Shown here piece after piece: positions 19,212 to 26,989 of a stretch of DNA of 32,000 nt; position 1 is the stretch's first letter; the number at the start of each line of letters is the position of its first letter. The stretch comes from Pseudoalteromonas translucida KMM 520 (GTDB taxonomy: Bacteria > Pseudomonadota > Gammaproteobacteria > Enterobacterales > Alteromonadaceae). The notes beneath the pieces are model-generated. The model was not told the DNA's origin. It saw nothing but the letters and a program-made list of their open reading frames with translations, and searched no databases. The translations under genes were made by a program, and so were the position numbers. The stretch spans positions 1,740,001 to 1,772,000 of the forward strand of contig NZ_CP011034.1 in NCBI RefSeq assembly GCF_001465295.1. The letters run 5' to 3'.

Positions 19212-20903
19212 ATGAGTCAAAAAAAATCAACGCCATCACTTCCAGATCCATTTCCAACGGATAAACTTCGTTTACTTCAGTTCGGAAGTGCTGATGGTCA
19301 TAGAGATAAAGTTGCAGAGCATGCGTTTATAGAAACTTCATCTGTAAAACAATTTTATTTGAATCAACATTCAATAATTGTAGGAGCAATAGGAGCTGGC
19401 AAAAGTACTCTATTTGCCCTATTGAAGAATCATTCAGAAAAATTAGAATCATATAAAGATGATTTGATCGTACCTTTAGAAGAGGCTTTGTCATTTAATG
19501 AACTTGCTGATTTTGTTAAAAATCATTATCCAGATAAAGATGAAAAAACACTTTATCAATTATTATGGAAGTTCAGTATATTATTAAAAATCGCAATTGA
19601 ATTATCAAAGCATGAAGGCTTTCCAAATAACGATTATGAGAAGGCAGTTAACAATTTCTTAGATGATTCAAATAGTTCAGATGCTTATTCAAATATCCTT
19701 AATAAATTTAAAAAACTTATTTCTAATGCAAATGTAAAATTTGAAGCTAAGGTTGGTGACAACCCTATAGCTATAGAAGCAGGGTTGTCTGATAAAGAAC
19801 CAAAGCCCCAAAAGAAAATTAACCTTGAAGAAGTTCAAAGAGCTATATCCGACTCAATAAAAGTTCGTAATTTCAATTGTGCGACTGTGATTATTGATAA
19901 AATAGACAAGTTTATGGCTGGTGCTGAATATAATGTCCAAAGACAGTATATAGGTGCATTACTTGAAGTTGATGATGATCTATCGGCTATTCAAAACATT
20001 AATTTAAAAGTTTTTATAAGAGCAGACCTATTTGAAAGATTAGATTTCGCAGCTCTTGGTTATGACAAAGTCCATGATAACGTAATTAGATTAAAATGGA
20101 GCCACGATGAAACTCTACGTTTTTTAGCAACAAGGATAATGGTTGGATTAATACGAGCGAAGATATGTAGACCAGAAGAGATATTTCAGTCTACAGACTT
20201 AACTGAGTTTGATTTGACTTGGAGAGAAAAGTTATTTCTAAATCCTAGTGTGCCAAATATTGTTAAAAACCTGATTAATAAAAAAGAAAAATCTGAACGC
20301 GTTACAAGTATGTATGGGAAATTTGATAAAGCGATAATCACTAAAGTTTTTCCTCGTTGTGCTATTCACTTCTGCTCAAAAGAAAACAAGCAGTCAGAAT
20401 TAGATATTTTTGATTTTATAAAATCTCATTTTTTAGATGGTAACGGAATATGTACTCCAAGGTATATGTTAATTTTCCTAAAAGAAGTTGTTGAACAAGT
20501 CGCCTCATATTATGACGAAAACCCTGATCAAGTTTCAGAGCTAGTTTTAGTGGAAAAAGATTTTGAGTGGGATTTATTTAAAAAATATTGTGTGTATCAA
20601 GCTTATGTTACAGCGAAAGATATATATATAAAGAACATTGAAACTATAGACTCTACATGGACTAAAAATGTAAATGTCCTTTTGGCAAAAAGAGGTAACA
20701 AAACAAAGTTTGATTATAAATGGATTAGAGCCAACATTCCTGATATTTCAGAAAGTGAAGCAGTAGATTTCTTGTCATTTCTTCAAGTTATTGGTTTTTT
20801 GAAAATTTCAGATGCACATCAAGATATAAAAAAGAGAGGTTATGAGCTACCTATTCTATACAAGCTTTCGAATATGCCTAACAAGCCAATTAAGCGGGAC
20901 TAA
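19212..20903 (+). CDS. Cassette ORF: 563-aa P-loop NTPase of unrecognised family
   Basis: Perfect Walker A GAIGAGKST (IIVGAIGAGKSTLFALL). Walker-B-like ATVIIDKIDKF. A long helical C-terminal half. Confidence 0.75.
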   Translation: MSQKKSTPSLPDPFPTDKLRLLQFGSADGHRDKVAEHAFIETSSVKQFYLNQHSIIVGAIGAGKSTLFALLKNHSEKLESYKDDLIVPLEEALSFNELADFVKNHYPDKDEKTLYQLLWKFSILLKIAIELSKHEGFPNNDYEKAVNNFLDDSNSSDAYSNILNKFKKLISNANVKFEAKVGDNPIAIEAGLSDKEPKPQKKINLEEVQRAISDSIKVRNFNCATVIIDKIDKFMAGAEYNVQRQYIGALLEVDDDLSAIQNINLKVFIRADLFERLDFAALGYDKVHDNVIRLKWSHDETLRFLATRIMVGLIRAKICRPEEIFQSTDLTEFDLTWREKLFLNPSVPNIVKNLINKKEKSERVTSMYGKFDKAIITKVFPRCAIHFCSKENKQSELDIFDFIKSHFLDGNGICTPRYMLIFLKEVVEQVASYYDENPDQVSELVLVEKDFEWDLFKKYCVYQAYVTAKDIYIKNIETIDSTWTKNVNVLLAKRGNKTKFDYKWIRANIPDISESEAVDFLSFLQVIGFLKISDAHQDIKKRGYELPILYKLSNMPNKPIKRD

Positions 20904-20975
20904 AAACAGTTTGCTCGGTTTCGCTTCGCTACACATTTTAGCAAACAATTTTTAGCCCACTATTGGGGCGTTACC
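20877..20975 (+). repeat. attC-like site (family B)
   Basis: CCTAACAAGCC...GGGACTAAAAACAGTTTGCT / AGCAAACAATTTTTAGCCC...GGGGCGTTACC. The left core lies inside the 3' end of the ORF. Confidence 0.6.
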
Positions 20976-20978
20976 ACC

Positions 20979-21947
20979 GTCCGCTCATGGCACGTGTCAG
21001 ACTCTAACTTCGAGTCTGGCTTAGGTTCAAATTTAAGCATCGATCTGTTCTGATACTTCTAACGCATCATCAACTTCTATTCCCAAGTACCTGACTGTGC
21101 TCTCCAGTTTTCTATGGCCAAGTAGAAGCTGACAGGCTCTTAAATTTTTAGTTTTTTTGTAAATTAGTGATGGTTTGGTACGTCTCATAGAATGAGTGCC
21201 ATATTGAGTCTTATCTAACCCAATTGAGGTGACCCAAGAATCAACTATACGTCCATATTGACGGGTTGAAAGGTGTTCAGAGGAATGAATTCGTGACTTA
21301 AACAAGTAATCATAAGAATTGAGAGTAAATTGCTCTATGAGCGCCACAATTGATTTCCTTGTATTTCCAGTAATTTCAAATTGAACAGGCATACCAGTCT
21401 TTTTTTGAACGACTATTGCCCTTGATTGGATTGTTTTACCATGTGCGATGTCATTAACTTTTAGTGAAACTAAATCACACCCTCTTAGTTTGCTATCTAT
21501 GGCTAGGTTAAATAGTGCTAGATCTCTTATTTTATGAAAAAGTTCTAGTCGTATTCGGATAGCCCATATTTGCTGTAATTTTAGAGGTAACTTTTGTCCT
21601 ACAAGCTTATTTTTATTCCAAGGCTCTTTAGGCTGATATATAGTTAACTGGTGCATTAGTTGTACTCCGGTGTTTATGGAGTTTTAAGCTTAGCTCGCTA
21701 CAAAAGAATTCGGGTATGAGCGATAACCAGTCATTGGGGTTCGTTAAATATCGTCGTTAACTGATTGGTCAAACTGTCATTTTCGTTTATATTCATGAAA
21801 ATGAGCGCCGAGCGCATATTGTTCTATTTAACTTTTCTTTAAAGTTTTAGAAAACTTCGTGATAGTAATACCTTAGGTTATTTGTTAAAACTATATAATG
21901 TAGAAAAATGAGCGTAGCGTCGGCAGAAACATGCGCGATGAGCGCAC
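20979..21947 (+). mobile_element. 969-bp element bounded by about 15-bp imperfect inverted repeats and carrying a short tyrosine recombinase; proposed autonomous copy of the R-element family
   Basis: Left end GTCCGCTCATGGCAC (20979-20993). Right end GCGCGATGAGCGCAC (21933-21947), whose reverse complement GTGCGCTCATCGCGC matches 12/15. The interior is the recombinase gene plus the conserved R body (21709-21947). Confidence 0.55.
21033..21656 (-). CDS. Stand-alone catalytic-domain tyrosine recombinase (207 aa, FimB/FimE-sized); not a canonical integron integrase
   Basis: RDLALFNLAIDSKLRGCDLVSL (Arg I), YGTHSMRRTKPSLIY (H-x-x-R), LLGHRKLESTVRYLGIE (His/Tyr nucleophile). It is too short to contain an N-terminal core-binding domain or the IntI-specific insertion. 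Confidence 0.85.
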   Translation of the reverse strand: MHQLTIYQPKEPWNKNKLVGQKLPLKLQQIWAIRIRLELFHKIRDLALFNLAIDSKLRGCDLVSLKVNDIAHGKTIQSRAIVVQKKTGMPVQFEITGNTRKSIVALIEQFTLNSYDYLFKSRIHSSEHLSTRQYGRIVDSWVTSIGLDKTQYGTHSMRRTKPSLIYKKTKNLRACQLLLGHRKLESTVRYLGIEVDDALEVSEQIDA

Positions 21948-22007
21948 TATTAAATTGTTATGCCTTTTTAGTCATCTGCAAGGCTCAATATATAAATAAG
22001 GATATCA

Positions 22008-22775
22008 ATGAATTTTTTACAGTTCGACTTAGGAAACCTCAAACGGGGTGAGATTGTTGAGGTAACACTAACAAGTGGTGCCAATGTAAGATTAATGACT
22101 AGTTCAGAGTTTAATAATTACAAAAACGGAAGAAAGCATAGGTTTATTGGCGGACTAGCTAAAAGATCACCTGTAAACCTTCAAGTAACAAGTTCAGGTC
22201 GATGGTACGTTGCTGTAGATATGCAAGGACTTCGAGGTTCAACAAAAGCATCCGTGAGAACACTTCCAGGAATGTTACCTGAAATACAAGAACGACCATT
22301 ATCAGAAGTGCCTAGCCTAGTTAGGGATAATGTTCCTCCTCCTCTTGAGTCTGGTGGTGAAACTCACGATGTATTCATATCTCATGCATCCGAAGATAAA
22401 GATGATTTAGTTCGCCCTTTGGCAAACGCTTTAATTGCCAAAGGTCTAAATGTTTGGTTTGATGAAATGACACTTAGAATTGGTGATAGTCTAAGACAAA
22501 AAATTGATAAAGGGCTAGCTAATAGCCGTGTAGGTTTAGTGGTTTTATCTCCATCCTTTATTAAAAAAGGTTGGACTAACTACGAACTCGATGGAATTGT
22601 CACAAGAACAGTATCAGGCGAACAGGTTCTTCTGCCTATTTGGCACGATATCACCAAACAACAAGTTGTTGATTTTAGTCCTTCTTTAGCTGACAAAGTC
22701 GCTCGTAGTACAGCAACTCATACAATAGATGAGATCGCTCAGGAGATATATGATCTTCTTGAGTCTAAGGCATAA
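22008..22775 (+). CDS. Cassette ORF: DUF1883-TIR domain protein
   Basis: N-terminal MNFLQFDLGNLKRGEIVEVTLTSGANVRLMTSSEFNNYKNGRKHRFIGGLAK is the DUF1883 pattern. C-terminal DVFISHASEDKDDLVRPLANALIAKGLNVWFDE...VVLSPSFIKKGWTNYELDG is a TIR domain with the conserved Glu. Confidence 0.85.
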   Translation: MNFLQFDLGNLKRGEIVEVTLTSGANVRLMTSSEFNNYKNGRKHRFIGGLAKRSPVNLQVTSSGRWYVAVDMQGLRGSTKASVRTLPGMLPEIQERPLSEVPSLVRDNVPPPLESGGETHDVFISHASEDKDDLVRPLANALIAKGLNVWFDEMTLRIGDSLRQKIDKGLANSRVGLVVLSPSFIKKGWTNYELDGIVTRTVSGEQVLLPIWHDITKQQVVDFSPSLADKVARSTATHTIDEIAQEIYDLLESKA

Positions 22776-22867
22776 CAGGTACTTAAACGCAACTAATACA
22801 GTGGGTTAGGTTTAGCTACACTACACATTATAACCCACAATTTTAGTCCGCTTAGTGCGTCGTTACC
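22770..22867 (+). repeat. attC-like site (family A)
   Basis: GCATAACAGG...ACAGTGGGTTAGG / ATAACCCACAATTTTAGTCC...GTCGTTACC. Confidence 0.6.
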
Positions 22868-22870
22868 ACT

Positions 22871-23134
22871 GTCTGAAATTGGCACTGAGCCGAATTTCGG
22901 CATAGAGCGATAACCAGTCATTGAGATTGGCTAAATATCGTAGTTAATTGATTGGTCAAACTGCTCTTTGCTCATATATTCATAGAAATGAGCAACGTGC
23001 GTATATTATTGCATTTAACTTTACTTAAAAGTTTTAGAAAACTTAATGATAGTAATACCTTAGGTTATTTGCTAAAACTATATAATACGAAAAAATGAGC
23101 GTGGCGTCGGCAGAAATATGCACGATGAGCGCAC
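22871..23134 (+). mobile_element. R element copy 2 (264 bp, no recombinase; left inverted repeat degenerate)
   Basis: Collinear by eye with 21709-21947 and 24983-25221. It abuts the GTTACC of the attC on the left and is followed by tattaaattGTTAGGC on the right. Confidence 0.6.
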
Positions 23135-23163
23135 TATTAAATTGTTAGGCTTCAGGGGTATCA

Positions 23164-23601
23164 ATGTTAGATAGTAAATTGGTTTCATTACATAAGCATT
23201 GGATTACTGCCGATGCCATAAAACAAGTTGTTAGCGCGCCAGTTGATGAGGAAACAGGTTTACCTGAAGAGCTTCAAGAACTTGCAAAATACCATTCAAT
23301 GTTTCAAAGATTAACAGTGTTATATTCTCTTCTCTACATTGTAGTTGAAGGCTATCGAGAATTGAAATATGAAAATAAAATTATAGATGATTTGTTAGCA
23401 AATGAGGATTTCGTAGATGCTTTACGACTATTTAGAAATGCAATATTTCATTACCAGAAACAACCAATTCCTGAGAAAGCGATGAAATTTTTAGAGCTCA
23501 CGGAAAGCGAATTATGGATACGTAAATTGCATAGCTCTTTTGGGGCATTCTTTGAGAAAGAGTTACCAATAGGTGAAACTCTCAATCAGCTTAAAGCCTA
23601 A
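23164..23601 (+). CDS. Cassette ORF: small helical protein with a HEPN-like RNxxxH motif (145 aa)
   Basis: LRLFRNAIFHYQ is an Rx4H motif in a predicted all-helical protein. Confidence 0.55.
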   Translation: MLDSKLVSLHKHWITADAIKQVVSAPVDEETGLPEELQELAKYHSMFQRLTVLYSLLYIVVEGYRELKYENKIIDDLLANEDFVDALRLFRNAIFHYQKQPIPEKAMKFLELTESELWIRKLHSSFGAFFEKELPIGETLNQLKA

Positions 23602-23672
23602 CAAGGCATTACCAATGTTCGCTCATGGCACTTAGCTGATCTTCGTCAAAGAGCGATAAGCTGTCATTCAGG
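23596..23672 (+). repeat. Collapsed attC (18 bp: GCCTAACAAG/GCATTACC), then a solo left box and junction of the R family
   Basis: Box GTTCGCTCATGGCAC (23617-23631), then ttagctgatcttcgtcaaaGAGCGATAAGCTGTCATTCAGG. Similarity to the R body stops after about 25 nt. Confidence 0.55.
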
Positions 23673-23874
23673 TGAGTCGTCATTAACTTAGTAAGAATAA
23701 GAGAGGATTTTCATCTTTTTTACATGTTTATATAAGCTACAGAAAGAATAATATTTATAGCTGGCAATAGCTTACAGTATTTTCTATTAATATAAATTCA
23801 CAAAATAAGGACGTTTTCGCGCTAAAATAGGGAAAGTGTCCTCTGATAAAGTTGTTATATTCAAGGAGTGATCA

Positions 23875-24789
23875 ATGAAGTTCTCAGGTAAGTCGATACG
23901 AACATTAACCAAATTAATCAAGGTAACTGGTGCCGCGACTAAAGTTAGGTTAACTGTCCAACTAAGCAGTATTCCCCAAGAGTTACTCGTTCAACTAGGC
24001 TTTGATAACACTCCTGAACAAGGAGACTTCTTGATACCTTCTTCATTGGGTAAATTCACAAGTTTTAATGTGAATGGTGCTACCAAAATTAGAAAAGATC
24101 TCCCCTTAGAGCCTGAATCAGTGATGTTCTATGGTTCATCAAGAGATTGGCACGGAGGAATTCACTACGGAATTAGGACGAGAACCATTGATAAATACCC
24201 ACGAGAGTATATTTCCGCACCATCTGAAACCTTTGAAATAGTCAAAATTAAGGGAAATTTACATCTTTCTTCTTCGGAGTTAGATTTAAGCGATAAAGAT
24301 GAAACACGAAACATCCATGTTACCAATATGATGCTGGAGTGCTTTTCTGAGTTCGACATTTACGATTTGGAAAAAGAAGAAATAGTTGGACCGAAGCTAA
24401 AGCGATTGCAGTGGGATATATTGCCTCAAGGAGAGTCACCTTGGATTAAAGCAAAGCCAATTATCCTCAATAGAACTGAGCACCTTCCGGAGAAAGATAA
24501 AAAAGTAATTGAACATAGAATGAAGGTAATTTCTCGAAGAGAGCCTGATTTTTTAGCCACAGGAAGAGCCGGTTTTAGCGGGTATTTTGTTTACGGCTTC
24601 AAAGACAAAGACGTATACGTTTTAGAAAGTATGGAACTTGATAATGCAACATACGTTTTCAATAGTGACTGGGAAGCGATATCAAAATTAACCAAAAGCC
24701 AAATTATCAATAGCGAATTACCGCATCAACGAATTATCCACAATAAAAAATGGAATGTATCGCTAGGCCGCGCGATATCTGGAAATTAA
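23875..24789 (+). CDS. Cassette ORF: hypothetical 304-aa protein, no family recognised
   Basis: Track ORF with AAGGAG RBS 7 nt upstream (ttcAAGGAGtgatcaATG). Confidence 0.6.
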   Translation: MKFSGKSIRTLTKLIKVTGAATKVRLTVQLSSIPQELLVQLGFDNTPEQGDFLIPSSLGKFTSFNVNGATKIRKDLPLEPESVMFYGSSRDWHGGIHYGIRTRTIDKYPREYISAPSETFEIVKIKGNLHLSSSELDLSDKDETRNIHVTNMMLECFSEFDIYDLEKEEIVGPKLKRLQWDILPQGESPWIKAKPIILNRTEHLPEKDKKVIEHRMKVISRREPDFLATGRAGFSGYFVYGFKDKDVYVLESMELDNATYVFNSDWEAISKLTKSQIINSELPHQRIIHNKKWNVSLGRAISGN

Positions 24790-24790
24790 A

Positions 24791-24874
24791 TATAACAAGC
24801 AATCAAGAAGGACTAAAAACAGCTTGCTCGGTTCCGCTTTGCTTCACATTTTAGCCTCTTATTGAGGCGTTACC
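24791..24874 (+). repeat. attC-like site (family B) with a deletion of about 15 nt in the right arm
   Basis: It aligns with 20877-20975 but lacks the AAACAATTTTTAGCC segment. It ends in GGCGTTACC. Confidence 0.5.
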
Positions 24875-24877
24875 AAT

Positions 24878-25221
24878 GTCCGCTCATGGCACAATTGCTA
24901 AGTTAGGCTGTGAGCGAATTTGAGACATTGACCAAAGTGCAAAAATTGCACATTGGTCACCACCTCTAACTCAGAGGCGTACTTCGGCAAAGAGCGATAA
25001 CCGGTCATTGAGATTAGCTAAATATAATAGTTAATTGATTGGTCAAACTGCTCTTTACTCATATATTCATGAAAATGAGCTGCTCGCGCATATTGATCTA
25101 TTTAACTTTACTCAAAAATTTTAGAAAACTTAGTGATAGTAATACCTTAGGTTATTTGTTAAAACTATATAAAGCAGAAAAATGAGCGTTAAGTCGGCAG
25201 AAATATGCGCGATAAGCGGAC
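24878..25221 (+). mobile_element. R element copy 3 (344 bp, no recombinase, with an extra nested segment of about 83 bp)
   Basis: Left GTCCGCTCATGGCAC (24878-24892). Right GCGCGATAAGCGGAC (25207-25221), whose reverse complement GTCCGCTTATCGCGC matches 12/15. The extra segment, about 24893-24975, contains the hairpin 24929-24959. Confidence 0.6.
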
Positions 25222-25274
25222 TATAAAATGTTAGTTTTATATTTGAGTTATTCAGAATTAAAGGTGTCAACTAG

Positions 25275-25937
25275 TTGAAAAATGTACTTATATTTATGGT
25301 TGTTGGATTGTATCTGGTAGCTTGTGGCTTTTTCATTGGTGTTACAGATAGAGCGGCTATGTTTGACGGGGTCAAATGGACTGATGTTGGTACTTTAGTT
25401 GTTACATCTCTTGGTTTTATTTTTGGTTTCTATACCTACTTTCAATGGTTAAATAACAAGCGAAAGGAGGATTCATATTTAGTCGCCAAAAGATACATCG
25501 CTGCTATAGATGAAATAGAAGAAAACTTACATGAGTTGCGATTTCATTATGATCATATATGTCCTACACCAGGATTGATGGTTGAGGATAAAGATGTATC
25601 AATCAAACGTATTGAGCATCTTAATATTGTTTGGGGCAACCTATATCAAGCACGGCGAAACCTTTATAAATCTAATAGAGAGCTATCATTCTGGAATGTT
25701 TGTCTAGCTAAAGAGGCTGTAGAAGACTACAACTATTTGAATAAGTCACTGGACAATATTAGTGTGATATCTTCAGTTTTGAACAATCAATTATTCCATT
25801 TTGTAAGCAGTAGACAAAATATGGATGGAGTGATTCGAGAGAAGCAAAGGTTTGACGAGTTACATGATTCAGTTCATAAAATCATTCAACATCGCGTTGA
25901 TTGTGGCTTTAAGTCAATGTTTACCTTCGAAATATAA
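25275..25937 (+). CDS. Cassette ORF: 220-aa protein with two N-terminal TM helices
   Basis: VLIFMVVGLYLVACGFFIGV and TLVVTSLGFIFGFYTYFQWL, then a helical soluble domain. TTG start after AAGGTG. Confidence 0.6.
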   Translation: MKNVLIFMVVGLYLVACGFFIGVTDRAAMFDGVKWTDVGTLVVTSLGFIFGFYTYFQWLNNKRKEDSYLVAKRYIAAIDEIEENLHELRFHYDHICPTPGLMVEDKDVSIKRIEHLNIVWGNLYQARRNLYKSNRELSFWNVCLAKEAVEDYNYLNKSLDNISVISSVLNNQLFHFVSSRQNMDGVIREKQRFDELHDSVHKIIQHRVDCGFKSMFTFEI

Positions 25938-25959
25938 ATGTAACGAAAAAAACGTTCAA

Positions 25960-26038
25960 GAGTAACTCCAAACGTGTGCTAGTTTTGCTGCGCTCACAAT
26001 ATGGCACACGGTTGTCACACTTTAACGTGGAGTTGAGG
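25960..26038 (+). repeat. attC-like site (divergent sequence)
   Basis: GAGTAACTCCAAACGTGTGC ... GCACACGG..ACGTGGAGTTGAGG. The TAAC/GTTG ends pair, with a bulge in the right arm. Confidence 0.4.
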
Positions 26039-26205
26039 CTGCAGAATTACTTTTTTTAAGGAAAACAGCCTGTTTTATGTGTTCCAAATGCATTACCTAA
26101 TGCTCTAAAAAGGCTTAGAGTGAATTGTAGGAGCTATTTTTTAATTGAATTTGACTGTTGGAGTTATTCTACAGTCTAGTTAGGCAATAAACCAATGGAA
26201 GTTTG

Positions 26206-26919
26206 ATGCTCAATAGTAGGTTTTTCGATAAAGATAGAAGTGTTCAAGAGCGGTGGTTTCGAATGAAATTCCACAGAAATTTTGGGCTGCAGATAAAAGC
26301 TGTTTTCTTGTGGCGACTTTACCGTAAATTGGAAAAAGAATTTAAAGCAAAAGATAAAGTTATAAACGGAGCTATAGAAATCACAGTGAAAGAATGTAAG
26401 AAGGTCAATGAGGAGCTGTTTCCTGCGACAAAGCAGTTTCTAAATATTGGCCTGTATTTCTTGCTTGCTGAGAGAGATATCCAAGCTTTAAAAGCTGATG
26501 CTTTCGCTCATCCTAATGAGACAAAAAGGAATATTGCGTTACGTGCACTGCTTTTAACCATTTATGAGTGGGATATGGGAAAAGTTACTGGACGGCGAAT
26601 GCAGTTTATATACGAATCGACAGGATTGTCTGATTCTTCAAGGAGTATGGTTGTTGATGCCCTAAAAAAATTAAAGAAAGCAAGAAAAGCAATTGAAAAT
26701 GAAATTTCTGAGGCAAGGCACAACACTATTGCCCATAGAGAGGCCGACGCTCTACATCAGTACGAAATTATCTCAGAGCTGAAAATCATGGATTTTTCCA
26801 TAGCTTTGACTGGTTTGTACGAAGCATCAGATATGCTGTTGAAGTCTTTGGTAAAAGCGATGCTTGAAATTGGTACGACGGAAAACCTGTTTAATCAGGT
26901 GAATTATCGAAAAAAATAG
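26206..26919 (+). CDS. Cassette ORF: HEPN-motif protein (AbiU2-like pattern), 237 aa
   Basis: ISEARHNTIAHREADAL is an Rx5H motif in a helical context. ATG 26206 is preferred over TTG 26203. Confidence 0.55.
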   Translation: MLNSRFFDKDRSVQERWFRMKFHRNFGLQIKAVFLWRLYRKLEKEFKAKDKVINGAIEITVKECKKVNEELFPATKQFLNIGLYFLLAERDIQALKADAFAHPNETKRNIALRALLLTIYEWDMGKVTGRRMQFIYESTGLSDSSRSMVVDALKKLKKARKAIENEISEARHNTIAHREADALHQYEIISELKIMDFSIALTGLYEASDMLLKSLVKAMLEIGTTENLFNQVNYRKK

Positions 26920-26980
26920 CCTAACAAGCTGCTGCCGACGAGCGGCAGAGTGCAGAGTTACTAATGTCCGCAATTGGCAC
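26919..26980 (+). repeat. Short attC-like site (26919-26961), then a solo left box (26966-26980)
   Basis: GCCTAACAAGCTGCTGCCG-acga-GCGGCAG...AGTTAC, then ctaatGTCCGCAATTGGCAC. Confidence 0.4.
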
Positions 26981-26989
26981 ATATGCGTC

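Noticed and set aside
20998-21018. Hairpin CAGACTC-taacttc-GAGTCTG downstream of the recombinase stop, as an intrinsic terminator
   Set aside because: No U-tract follows it on the minus strand. It may be structural or a binding site, but it is not a classical terminator.
21033-21656. Could the minus-strand recombinase be the integron integrase (IntI) of the array?
   Set aside because: At 207 aa it is too short. It lacks an N-terminal core-binding domain and the additional IntI-specific segment, it sits in the middle of the array rather than upstream of it, and it is enclosed by its own inverted repeats.
21709-21963. The R body as one very long attC site (GCGATAAC at the left, GTTATGC/GTTAGGC at the right)
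   Set aside because: Only the 5-nt cores are complementary and the sequences next to them do not pair. About 250 bp is also well beyond the usual attC size range.
24165-24359. Track ORF 24165..24359 (minus)
   Set aside because: It is an antisense shadow inside the 304-aa cassette ORF.
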